The notes beneath the pieces are model-generated. The model was not told where the DNA came from, made no database searches, and saw only the letters and a program-made list of their open reading frames with translations. 64,000 nt of DNA from Candidatus Latescibacterota bacterium (GTDB lineage: Bacteria > Latescibacterota > UBA2968 > UBA8231), in the NCBI GenBank assembly GCA_965203175.1, contig OZ241867.1, positions 1,152,001-1,216,000 on the forward strand. Reading direction: 5' to 3'. Positions 38,157 to 46,750 of the stretch are shown here, piece after piece. The position numbers were made by a program, and so were the translations under genes. Numbering within the stretch: the first letter of the stretch is position 1; each line of letters opens with the position of its first letter.

Positions 38157-41100
38157 TTATCGCGATCCCTCGCGGTTCCCCCGGCGCCTCCGCGGAGGAG
38201 CGGTGCTGGAGTCTGCGTCCGCCTGCCCTGCGGCGGCCTCAGTGTACTCTCTGAGCAATTCGTCGAGAGCCTCGGAGGTATCCAAGTAGTTGGACAATTG
38301 ATAAGGCGTGATGTCATAGCGCCAAACCCTCACCAGCGGGTCCGCCCCCCGTGCCAAAAGCAGGCGTGCCATCTCTAGCTGGTTGGCCATGACGGTTTTG
38401 TGCAAGGGCGTACTACCTCGGTCGAAACGCCTAAACCCACCAGCCAGCCCATTGATATCCACACCGCGATCCAGCAAAAATTCCGCCGCTTCCAACGCGC
38501 CGCTATAGGCCGCAAAATTGAGCGCTTCCACCATAATCTGCTCGGCGGTGAGCACGGTATCTGGGTCGGGATGGTACAGATGGCCGACCCCCTCTTTTAG
38601 CTGGCCCTCGGCGTCGAAGAACTCGGCCATCAGATCGACGCGGTTGACACCAGCAGCAAAGCGCAAATCCACGGCCGCTCCCTCGGCGACCAACATGCGC
38701 GCCAGATCTAACTCCCTCTCCCTAAGCGCGTCCCATAAAATTTGGCCCCGGTTGCGGTTCACATCCACGCCGTTGGTCACTAGGAGCTGGATCATTTCTG
38801 GCTTGCTCTCGGCCCATTCGAGCGGATCGCTTTCTATGAACAGATCCAGCACAAAGATCGAGTCGTACGTAGCGGCGTTCGGGTCGGCACCTGCTGAGAT
38901 CAGAGCCGCGGCTAGTTCAACCGCGTTTTCGGGCAACGGCACTCGTTGCGGCTCGCCGGCTAGATGGTGCAAGAGCGTGGCCCCGCGGAAGAACGGATAT
39001 TCGTAGTACTCGTCGAAATAGCCGCGCGCCATCGCTAGCTCGGGGTACTCAGTGAGCAGCTTCTGTAGCGTCTCGCTGTCGCCGGCGTCCATGGCCTCCA
39101 CGGCCTTGTAAAAGGCTTTGTGGTCGGCGTCGCCGCGATCGCGGCCTTGGGGCGGCAGTTCTTCTCCCTCGTGCGGAATGGCCAACGCCACTAGCTCAGG
39201 CGGACGCCCGGACCGGCCTAGACGGTTGCCCAACGGCACGACTACGTATTGGCGGCCACCGGCCGCATAGCTCATCGGCGCACCGTAGGCATTGCTGGGC
39301 ATCTCGACGCGGCCGATCTCCTCGCCCGACGCCAAATCGTACGCCCGCAGGTACGCGTCGCGATCGACGAAGTAATCCCTATTCCTGCGGGTAGCTCGCG
39401 GGGCTTCCGAAGTGGCCAACAGAAGGTTCGGCGTGGCCAAGACAAAAGTCCGGTTGTCCCAGCCCATATCCGGCAGGTCGAGCCCTTTGAGCGCCGGATG
39501 ATCGACCGGGCCCTTACCTACCGTCGTCCGCCATGTATGCTCGCCGCTGTTGAGGTCAATGGCGGTAATGCTGCCATACGGGGGCTTGACCAGCGGTAGA
39601 CCTCGGGGGCCGATGACATATTCGTCGGCGCGGGCAGAAAACGCCGAATGAGCCTCCGGGTCGTCTACCCGACGCAACTGCACGGTAGTGATGGCCATGT
39701 GCGACGGCACGTACAGCACACCCGTGCGTGGGTCCGCCGCGCCTCCAGCCCAGTCGGCCCCGCCTGCTTGGCCGGGAACCGACAAGACTTCCTTCTCCGT
39801 CGGCGGCGTGTAGAGCGGACCGTAGTCGTATTCGGCGAGAATGGCCTTGGCTTCCTCGCGCAACTCAGGCGTAAAGTCGATCAGGTCGTCCTCGCTGATA
39901 CCCTGGCGCTCAAAGGGTGCCGGCTTGGTCGGAAAAGGCTGCGTCGGCGAGGTCTTTTCCCACGCTACCTGCGACTGCGGCACCGGCTTTTCCTCAATCG
40001 GCCAGATCGGCTCGCCGGTTATGCGGTCAAAGACAAAGCAAAAGGCCTGTTTGGTTAGCTGGGCGACGATCTTGCGCGGTTGGCCATCGACGACCACGTC
40101 CAACAGCAGGGGAACAGCCGGCGGGTCGTAGTCCCACAAGCCGTGATGGACGAGTTGATAGTGCCATACCCGCTCGCCGGTCTCGGCCTTCAGGCAGACG
40201 ACCGACTCGCTGAACAGGTTGTCGCCGGGGCGCTCGCCGCCGTAGTAGTCGTGGCTGGCCGTACTCACCGGCAGGTAGAGGTAGCCCAACTCCTCGTCGG
40301 CCGTCATCGTCGCCCAGACATTGGCCGCGCCGTAGGTCTTCCACGCATCGCTTTCCCACGTCTCGTTGCCGTATTCGCCTTCCTGCGGAATCGTGTGAAA
40401 TTCCCACACTTTCTCGCCGGTGCGCGCGTCGAAGGCCTGCACATCGCCTGGGGGCATGTATTCGGGCGGCGGCCTGAAGCGCACATCCATGATCGCCGAG
40501 CCAACGGCGACCACATCGCGACAGATCACGGGCGGAGCCGTAACTCCGTAGTCCCTGCGCTCCTCTTCACTCAGCGGCCGGCGCAGCAAGGCTCCCAAAT
40601 CGACGCGGCCGTCCTCGCCAAAATTGGGGTCGGGCAGGCCGGTCTTGGCGTCTATGGAGTACAGATAGGCGGTCGAAGTCGCCAAAAACACCCGCTCGAC
40701 CTCGCCATCGGTCCAATAGCTCACCCCGCGCGAATTGCCCGCGAAAGTGGAACTGGCCTTCCAAGATTCTGGGTCGAACGCCCACAGTTCCTCGCCGCTT
40801 TGGCCGTCAATCGCCGAGAGGATGTTGTATGGCGAGCCGTAGTAGAGCACGCCATTAACGGCCAGCGGCGTGCCGCGATTGTTGCTGAAGCCAAGGCGAA
40901 AACCCCCGCGCCGCCGATCACCCCGACCCCGACCTCGGTCCCGGCTTCGGTTAGCTCTCGCCGTCTCGTAGATCTGCTGGTCGCGGGGCCGGTAGCGCCA
41001 GATCACGCGCAACTGATCGAAATTGTCTCGATTGATCTGGTCCGCTGGGGTGTAGCGGGTGCCGCCCTGATCGGCTCCGTAATACGGCCAATCGACCTCG

Positions 41101-41171
41101 TCGGCAAACGCCGCTGTCGCGAGCGACAGCGACAACAAAACCGACAAGGCGCGATAGGCGCGTTTATTCAT
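38157..41171 (-). CDS. PQQ-dependent glucose/quinate-type dehydrogenase fused to C-terminal ankyrin repeats (tandem copy 2)
   Basis: Signal peptide; DWPYYG, QINRDN, PGDVQAFDARTG, GAANVW, HHGLWDYD, KPPYG; ankyrin motifs GATLLH, GADPNA, GSTPLH. Confidence 0.85.
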   Translation of the reverse strand: MNKRAYRALSVLLSLSLATAAFADEVDWPYYGADQGGTRYTPADQINRDNFDQLRVIWRYRPRDQQIYETARANRSRDRGRGRGDRRRGGFRLGFSNNRGTPLAVNGVLYYGSPYNILSAIDGQSGEELWAFDPESWKASSTFAGNSRGVSYWTDGEVERVFLATSTAYLYSIDAKTGLPDPNFGEDGRVDLGALLRRPLSEEERRDYGVTAPPVICRDVVAVGSAIMDVRFRPPPEYMPPGDVQAFDARTGEKVWEFHTIPQEGEYGNETWESDAWKTYGAANVWATMTADEELGYLYLPVSTASHDYYGGERPGDNLFSESVVCLKAETGERVWHYQLVHHGLWDYDPPAVPLLLDVVVDGQPRKIVAQLTKQAFCFVFDRITGEPIWPIEEKPVPQSQVAWEKTSPTQPFPTKPAPFERQGISEDDLIDFTPELREEAKAILAEYDYGPLYTPPTEKEVLSVPGQAGGADWAGGAADPRTGVLYVPSHMAITTVQLRRVDDPEAHSAFSARADEYVIGPRGLPLVKPPYGSITAIDLNSGEHTWRTTVGKGPVDHPALKGLDLPDMGWDNRTFVLATPNLLLATSEAPRATRRNRDYFVDRDAYLRAYDLASGEEIGRVEMPSNAYGAPMSYAAGGRQYVVVPLGNRLGRSGRPPELVALAIPHEGEELPPQGRDRGDADHKAFYKAVEAMDAGDSETLQKLLTEYPELAMARGYFDEYYEYPFFRGATLLHHLAGEPQRVPLPENAVELAAALISAGADPNAATYDSIFVLDLFIESDPLEWAESKPEMIQLLVTNGVDVNRNRGQILWDALRERELDLARMLVAEGAAVDLRFAAGVNRVDLMAEFFDAEGQLKEGVGHLYHPDPDTVLTAEQIMVEALNFAAYSGALEAAEFLLDRGVDINGLAGGFRRFDRGSTPLHKTVMANQLEMARLLLARGADPLVRVWRYDITPYQLSNYLDTSEALDELLREYTEAAAGQADADSSTAPPRRRRGNREGSR

Positions 41172-44076
41172 TGGGTTTCTCTTCTTCTGTGTTTGATGCC
41201 GCTTTGAGGACTTCGCGCATGGCGTCGTTTTCGTAGTAGCCCGCCCAGTCGTAGGGCGTCTCGCCCCAGCGGGCGTCGCTAATAGTCGTGTCTGCGCCCT
41301 TTTCTAGCAAATAGCGAATCAGTTCGACATCTTCGGTATCCACGGCCTTGTGCAGGGCCGTGCTGCCCCAATCCCATGGCCAGAAGCCGCCGACTAAAGC
41401 GTCGATATTGGCACCTTTCTCCAGTAGGAAGTCGATGGCCTCTCGGCCGCTGTTGTATACTGCGTAGTGCAGGGCCTCGTCCACGACCTGCTGGTCAGTG
41501 AGGACCGTGTCGGGGTCGGCGCGGTAGAGGCGGTTGGCCTCGGGCGTGGGTGCGCCGTCTTTGAAAAAGCCCGCCATCAGATCGGTGCGATTGAGCGAAG
41601 CGGCGAAGCGCAGGTCAACTGAGGCCCCCGCGTCGAGGAGCACCTCAGCCAGTTCCATTTGGCGGCTGGTCAGCAGGTCGTGCAGCACCTTGCCGTTGTT
41701 GCGGTCTGGATCCGCACCCTGCTCGTAGAGTAGCGCGAGCAGTTGCCCCTTGATCCCGGCCCATTCGAGCTGGGCAGCGGCGACCGCCAACTCCGCCGTC
41801 GTCACCGAATCCAGCGTCGCGGCGTCGGGGTCGGCACCTGCGGCGAGTAAGATAGTGGCCAACTCCACGACGTTTTCGGGCAGCGGCACTCGTTGCGGCT
41901 CGCCAGTCACGTGGTGCAAGAGCGTGGCCCCGCGAAAGTAAGAATATTCGTAGTACTCGTCGGAATAACCGCGCGCCGCCGCTAGCTTGGGATAATCAGA
42001 GAGCAGCTTCCGTAGCGTCTCGCTATCGCCGGCGTCGATGGTTTCTACAGCCTCGTAAAAGGCTTTGTGATCGGCGTCGCTGCGGTCGCGGCCTTGGGGC
42101 GGCAGTTCCTCGCCCTTGTGCGGAATAGCCAGTGCCACTAGCTCGGGCGGACGCTCGGGCTCGACGTGGTCATTACCCACTGGCACGACCACGTATTGGC
42201 GGCCGCCGGCCGTATAGCTCATCGGCGCGCCATAGGCATTGCTGGGCAATTCGACGCAACCGATTTCCTCGCCCGACGCCAAATCGTACGCCCGCAGATA
42301 GGCATCGCGGTCAGCGAAGTAGTCCCCGCCGGCGTCGGCGAGGTCGTGCGGATCCTGCGAAGTAGCCAACAGAAGGTTCGGCGTGGCCAGGACAAAGGTC
42401 CGATTGTCCCAACCCATATCCGGCAAGTCGAGGCCCTTGAGCGCAGGGTGATTGACCGGCCCCTTGCCCACCGTCGTCCGCCATAGATGCTCGCCGCTAT
42501 TGAGGTCAATCGCCGTGATGCTGCCGTACGGCGGCTTGACCAGCGGCAGACCACGCGGGCCGACGACGTGCATGTTGTTGCTAGCAGAAAATTCCGAGTA
42601 CGCCTCCGGGTCATCTACCCGATGCAACTGCACGGTGGTGATGGCCATGTGCGACGGCACGTACAGCACGCCCGTGCGCGGATCCGCCGCGCCGCCGGCC
42701 CAGTCGGCACCGCCCCATTGTCCGGGAACCGACAAAACGCCTTTCTCCGTTGGCGGCGTGTAGAGCGGACCGTAGTCGTATTCGGCTAGAATGGCCTTGG
42801 CTTCCTCGCGCAACTCAGGCGTAAAGTCGATCAGGTCGTCCTCGCTGATGCCTTGGCGCTCAAAGGGAGCCGGCTTGGTCGGAAAAGGCTGCGTCGGCGA
42901 GGTCTGTTCGCCTAGCACCTGCGATTGCGGCACCGGCTTTTCCTCAATCGGCCAGATCGGCTCACCAGCCACGCGGTCAAAGACGAAGCAAAAGGCCTGT
43001 TTCGTAAGCTGAGCGACGATCTTGCGCTGTTGGCCATCCACGACCACGTCCAACAGCAGGGGAGCAACCGGCGGATCGTAGTCCCACAGGCCGTGGTGGA
43101 CTAGTTGATAGTGCCACACCCGCTCGCCGGTCTCGGCCTTTAGACACACGACCGACTCGCTGAACAGGTTGTCGCCGGGGCGCTCGCCGCCGTAGTAGTC
43201 GTGACTGGCTGTGCTCACCGGCAGGTAGAGGTAACCCAACTCCTCGTCGGCTGTCATCGTCGCCCACACATTGGCCGCGCCGTACTTTTTCCACGCATCG
43301 CTTTCCCACGTCTCGTTGCCGTATTCGCCCTCCAACGGGATCGTGTGGAATTCCCACACCTTCTCGCCGGTGCGCGCGTCAAAGGCCTGCACATCGCCAG
43401 GAGGGGTGTACTCGGGCGGCGGCCTGAAGCGCCAGTCGCCCATAGCTGAGCCAACGGCGACCACGTCGCGGCAGACTACAGGATGGGACGTGATTCCGTA
43501 GTTCCAGCGATCCTCTTCGCCCAACGGTCGGCGTAGCGAGGCCCCCAAATCGACGCGCCCGCCTTCGCCAAAGTTCGGGTCGGGCAGGCCGGTCTTGGCG
43601 TCGATGGAATACAAATGGGAAGTCGATGTCGCCATAAATATCCGCTCGACCTCGCCATCGGTCCAATAGCTGACTCCGCGCAAATTGCCCAAGAAGCGGA
43701 AATTCATCCGCCAAGCCTCTGGGTCAAAAGTCCACAGCTCCTCGCCGCTTTGGCCGTCGACAGCCACGAGAATGTTAAAGGGCGAGCCATAGTAGATCAC
43801 GCCATTGACGGCGAGTGGCGTACCGCGGTTGTTGTCGAAACTGAGGCGGCGCCCCGTCGGGTTGGGGCCAGCCGTCTCGTAGATTTGCTGATCGGGGGGG
43901 CGGTAGCGCCAGACCACGCGCAACTGATCGAAATTGTCGCGATTGATCTGGTCGGCGGGGGTATAGCGGGTGCCGCCTTGGTCGGCGGCGTAGTGCGGCC
44001 AATCGACATCGCTGGCAAACGCCGCGAGCGCGAGCGACAACAATGCCAGCAAGGCCCCACAGGCTCGTCTGTTCAT
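41164..44076 (-). CDS. PQQ-dependent glucose/quinate-type dehydrogenase fused to C-terminal ankyrin repeats (tandem copy 1)
   Basis: Same architecture as 38157-41171; ankyrin motifs GATLLH, GADPD, GSTALH, GETPYD; 8-bp overlap with the downstream copy. Confidence 0.85.
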   Translation of the reverse strand: MNRRACGALLALLSLALAAFASDVDWPHYAADQGGTRYTPADQINRDNFDQLRVVWRYRPPDQQIYETAGPNPTGRRLSFDNNRGTPLAVNGVIYYGSPFNILVAVDGQSGEELWTFDPEAWRMNFRFLGNLRGVSYWTDGEVERIFMATSTSHLYSIDAKTGLPDPNFGEGGRVDLGASLRRPLGEEDRWNYGITSHPVVCRDVVAVGSAMGDWRFRPPPEYTPPGDVQAFDARTGEKVWEFHTIPLEGEYGNETWESDAWKKYGAANVWATMTADEELGYLYLPVSTASHDYYGGERPGDNLFSESVVCLKAETGERVWHYQLVHHGLWDYDPPVAPLLLDVVVDGQQRKIVAQLTKQAFCFVFDRVAGEPIWPIEEKPVPQSQVLGEQTSPTQPFPTKPAPFERQGISEDDLIDFTPELREEAKAILAEYDYGPLYTPPTEKGVLSVPGQWGGADWAGGAADPRTGVLYVPSHMAITTVQLHRVDDPEAYSEFSASNNMHVVGPRGLPLVKPPYGSITAIDLNSGEHLWRTTVGKGPVNHPALKGLDLPDMGWDNRTFVLATPNLLLATSQDPHDLADAGGDYFADRDAYLRAYDLASGEEIGCVELPSNAYGAPMSYTAGGRQYVVVPVGNDHVEPERPPELVALAIPHKGEELPPQGRDRSDADHKAFYEAVETIDAGDSETLRKLLSDYPKLAAARGYSDEYYEYSYFRGATLLHHVTGEPQRVPLPENVVELATILLAAGADPDAATLDSVTTAELAVAAAQLEWAGIKGQLLALLYEQGADPDRNNGKVLHDLLTSRQMELAEVLLDAGASVDLRFAASLNRTDLMAGFFKDGAPTPEANRLYRADPDTVLTDQQVVDEALHYAVYNSGREAIDFLLEKGANIDALVGGFWPWDWGSTALHKAVDTEDVELIRYLLEKGADTTISDARWGETPYDWAGYYENDAMREVLKAASNTEEEKPNE

Positions 44077-44172
44077 GCTTTCTCCTCTCTTCGTAGCAAG
44101 GTCCTCAAGCGAAGGAAGAGTTGGTGTTAAACAGTGTCAACGGAGCCGTTAGTCGCAACGCCCTCGGCAAAT

Positions 44173-44913
44173 TCAGCGGTACTGGTCCAAATTCCCCTTG
44201 TACTCCAAGCCCAGCACTTCCCGACCTCGCGCCGTATTGCAGGTGGCGTCGGCTTCGGGCGTGCCAACCACGTGCAATACGTCAAACTCGACCTCGTCCC
44301 TTTCCAAGGCCAGTCGGCAGGCTTCGGCTAAATCGTGGCGGCAGACGAATCCGTTGCGGATGTTCAATGGCTCCCGATACTTGCCGATCCCCAAGCGCGA
44401 ATCCACAATGTAGTCGGGCCGCAGGACTACGATGGGCAGCCCAAAGGCTTCGTGGAACTGGCGGCACATTTCCTCCTGCAGTCGCTTGCACACCGCGTAC
44501 AAGCTGCCGTCGGGCCGCCGCACCTCAGAGGAGAAGAAAATTCCCTCGGGATGCACGGTCTGACACGAGCCGATGTGTACTACTTTGCGGATGCCCTGCT
44601 CTTGGGCCACTTGCAGGACATTCCACAGGCCCTTGAGGTTGATGAGGAAGGGCTTGTCGTCGGTGGGATCGCCGACGAAGTAAACCGCGGTGTGAATGAC
44701 GCAATCCACGCCGCTGATGGCTTGCTCCACCGCGTGGTAATCGGCTATATCGCCGTGGACCACTTCGCCGCCGTTCCAATCGCCGTCTGTGTCGCGATAC
44801 GCCTCCCAAGCTTGGGGGCCGTACTCAAAAGCGCGGATGTCGTGTTTGCCAGCTAGGTTTTGCAAGACGGCGCGACCCAGCCAACCGGCGGCACCGAAGA
44901 CTACGGTTTTCAT
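44173..44913 (-). CDS. NAD-dependent epimerase/dehydratase family protein (uronate dehydrogenase-like)
   Basis: ATG 44913; VFGAAGWLG Rossmann motif; YAVCK (YxxxK). Confidence 0.8.
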   Translation of the reverse strand: MKTVVFGAAGWLGRAVLQNLAGKHDIRAFEYGPQAWEAYRDTDGDWNGGEVVHGDIADYHAVEQAISGVDCVIHTAVYFVGDPTDDKPFLINLKGLWNVLQVAQEQGIRKVVHIGSCQTVHPEGIFFSSEVRRPDGSLYAVCKRLQEEMCRQFHEAFGLPIVVLRPDYIVDSRLGIGKYREPLNIRNGFVCRHDLAEACRLALERDEVEFDVLHVVGTPEADATCNTARGREVLGLEYKGNLDQYR

Positions 44914-44941
44914 GGGGGTTCCTTTCTCGAAGTTGCCGAAG

Positions 44942-45697
44942 TCACCGCGGCTCATAGCGGTCGGCGCGGCGGCGACCCAACAGTCCCGGGCATAGGCGGC
45001 GGAAATCCTCGGGCATGCGTTCGTACGTCTCTGGCCACAGAGGCTGGTGGCCGCCTTCAATCCAGTTGTTAAACCAAGGCGGGTAATACGCGATATTCAA
45101 CCCTATCCGCACGTCCTCGCTCTGATTGGCCCGGGCCTGGTGAAAAAGCCCTCCGTGCCACAGCATCACGGAACCTGCGCGGCCTTCCACGGGCTTGATC
45201 AACGGGTTATCAGCACCCATATCGGGTGGCGGAGCGGGCCGCCGCGACCGGTGGCTCATGGGCACGACGCCGGTGGCCCCATTGGCCTCGGTAAAATCCG
45301 TCAGCATCCAGATGCTGTTGATCATCCACGGCACATCGGGCACTTGGGCAAACGAGCCCGCAGAATCCGCGTGTAAATGCTGAGCAGGAGCCCCGGGCCA
45401 CGTGGGCTTGGAGCACGCTTCGACGACGCGGCAGCGCGGCCCCAAAAAGTGCTGCGCAAGGGCCACAGTATCCGAGTGGAAGGCGCAGTTCCAAACCTCG
45501 TCGTCCTGGTTGAGCATGCCGAACAAGGTCTGATAGTACTCGTCGCCCACGATATAGTCCTGGTAGCGCGGATCGCTGTGTAGTGCCAGACAGCGGCGAC
45601 CCAACGCCAAGGCGGCCTCGCGGGGTATGCGATCCTTTAGCACGCAGAACCCATACGCGTCTAGATGCTCGGCGGCGGCCTGCAATTCTTCGTTCAC
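44942..45697 (-). CDS. Phytanoyl-CoA dioxygenase (PhyH) family Fe/2OG enzyme
   Basis: GTG 45697 overlapping the upstream stop; LHADS, WMLTDFTEANGAT..VP.SH, GSV...HGGLFH. Confidence 0.85.
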   Translation of the reverse strand: MNEELQAAAEHLDAYGFCVLKDRIPREAALALGRRCLALHSDPRYQDYIVGDEYYQTLFGMLNQDDEVWNCAFHSDTVALAQHFLGPRCRVVEACSKPTWPGAPAQHLHADSAGSFAQVPDVPWMINSIWMLTDFTEANGATGVVPMSHRSRRPAPPPDMGADNPLIKPVEGRAGSVMLWHGGLFHQARANQSEDVRIGLNIAYYPPWFNNWIEGGHQPLWPETYERMPEDFRRLCPGLLGRRRADRYEPR

Positions 45698-46737
45698 GTC
45701 TCTACCTCCACGCCAGCTTCTTGGGCGACCTGCACTAGCTGGCTCCAAACCCCTTCTTCCACCGGGATGCCCTCGCGCCGGTAGCGCGCCTCAGTGACGA
45801 ATTCGCGTTCGCCCGGCACCAGCACCCCGTTGCTGCCACGCGCTGACGCGGACGAGCGCACGTAGGCGATCATGCGGTCCAATTCGGCGCGGAAGCGCTC
45901 GGCATTGACCCTAGCCGCCGCATCCACCGCCAACAGCCACATCGTATTGGCATTGGATTCCAGTCCCTCCTCGCGCCAAGTGGGCTCGCCCAGCAGGCAG
46001 CTAAAAATCTGAACCATGAGACCCAAGCCGAAGCCCTTGTATCCTTGGTCTCCTCCAAAGGGCAGGATCGCCCCGACCTCGTACAGGTCGGCTGGGTCGG
46101 TGGAAGGCGCTCCACTCCGATCTACCAAGGTGTCTTCGGGTAGCGCTTGCCCGGTATCCCGGTATAGGCGCACGCGTCCTTCGGGCAGGGCCGCGGTTGA
46201 GAAATCCATTACTACGGGCTGGTTCAAAGTGGGGGCCGCAAACGCGATGGGGTTGGTGCCCAGCCGTCCTTCGCGCCCGCCAAACGGTGCCACCCAATGC
46301 CCCTCGCCTGACGTGCTGCAGGTAACCAAGGCCACGCACTGGGCTTCTGCGACCTGTTCAGCGTACGCTCCCAAGCGCCCCACGTGACGACAGCGGCGCA
46401 GGCTGGCACTGCCCAAGCCAAACCGCTGGGCGCGCTCAATCGCTAGCTCCGTGGCCCGCTGGGCCCCAATCTGGCCGAAATTCCACTGGCCGTCCACCAG
46501 CGCGGTAGCCGCGGCACCCTCTCGCACCAACACCTCCGCGCCCGGCACGATAGCACCGCGCCGGATGTCTTCTACGTACTGCGATACGCGCAATACTCCG
46601 TGCGACGGCAGACCCATGAGATCGGCCTGCACCAACAGGCGGGCCACAGTCTGCGCCTCTTGAGCCGGAGTGCCGTGGGCCTCAAAAACGCTGGCGGCTA
46701 ACCGCTCCAGCGCGTCGCCTTGGAATCGTCTCGTCAT
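45694..46737 (-). CDS. Ldh_2 family oxidoreductase (malate/L-lactate/sulfolactate dehydrogenase type)
   Basis: GLPSHG, HVGRLG, GTNPIAF, GYKGFGL, VPGERE. Confidence 0.88.
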   Translation of the reverse strand: MTRRFQGDALERLAASVFEAHGTPAQEAQTVARLLVQADLMGLPSHGVLRVSQYVEDIRRGAIVPGAEVLVREGAAATALVDGQWNFGQIGAQRATELAIERAQRFGLGSASLRRCRHVGRLGAYAEQVAEAQCVALVTCSTSGEGHWVAPFGGREGRLGTNPIAFAAPTLNQPVVMDFSTAALPEGRVRLYRDTGQALPEDTLVDRSGAPSTDPADLYEVGAILPFGGDQGYKGFGLGLMVQIFSCLLGEPTWREEGLESNANTMWLLAVDAAARVNAERFRAELDRMIAYVRSSASARGSNGVLVPGEREFVTEARYRREGIPVEEGVWSQLVQVAQEAGVEVET

Positions 46738-46750
46738 ATATCCGCAGATC

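Larger units (their letters stand above)
38157..44076 (-). repeat. Tandem gene duplication (two ~3-kb copies with long near-identical stretches)
   Basis: For example ~39780-40400 versus ~42730-43340 are almost identical at the DNA level. Confidence 0.9.

Noticed and set aside
44124-44140. TTGACA with a TTRACAC direct repeat upstream of the PQQ genes (minus strand)
   Set aside because: No credible -10 at 16-18 bp spacing; too short to call a binding site.
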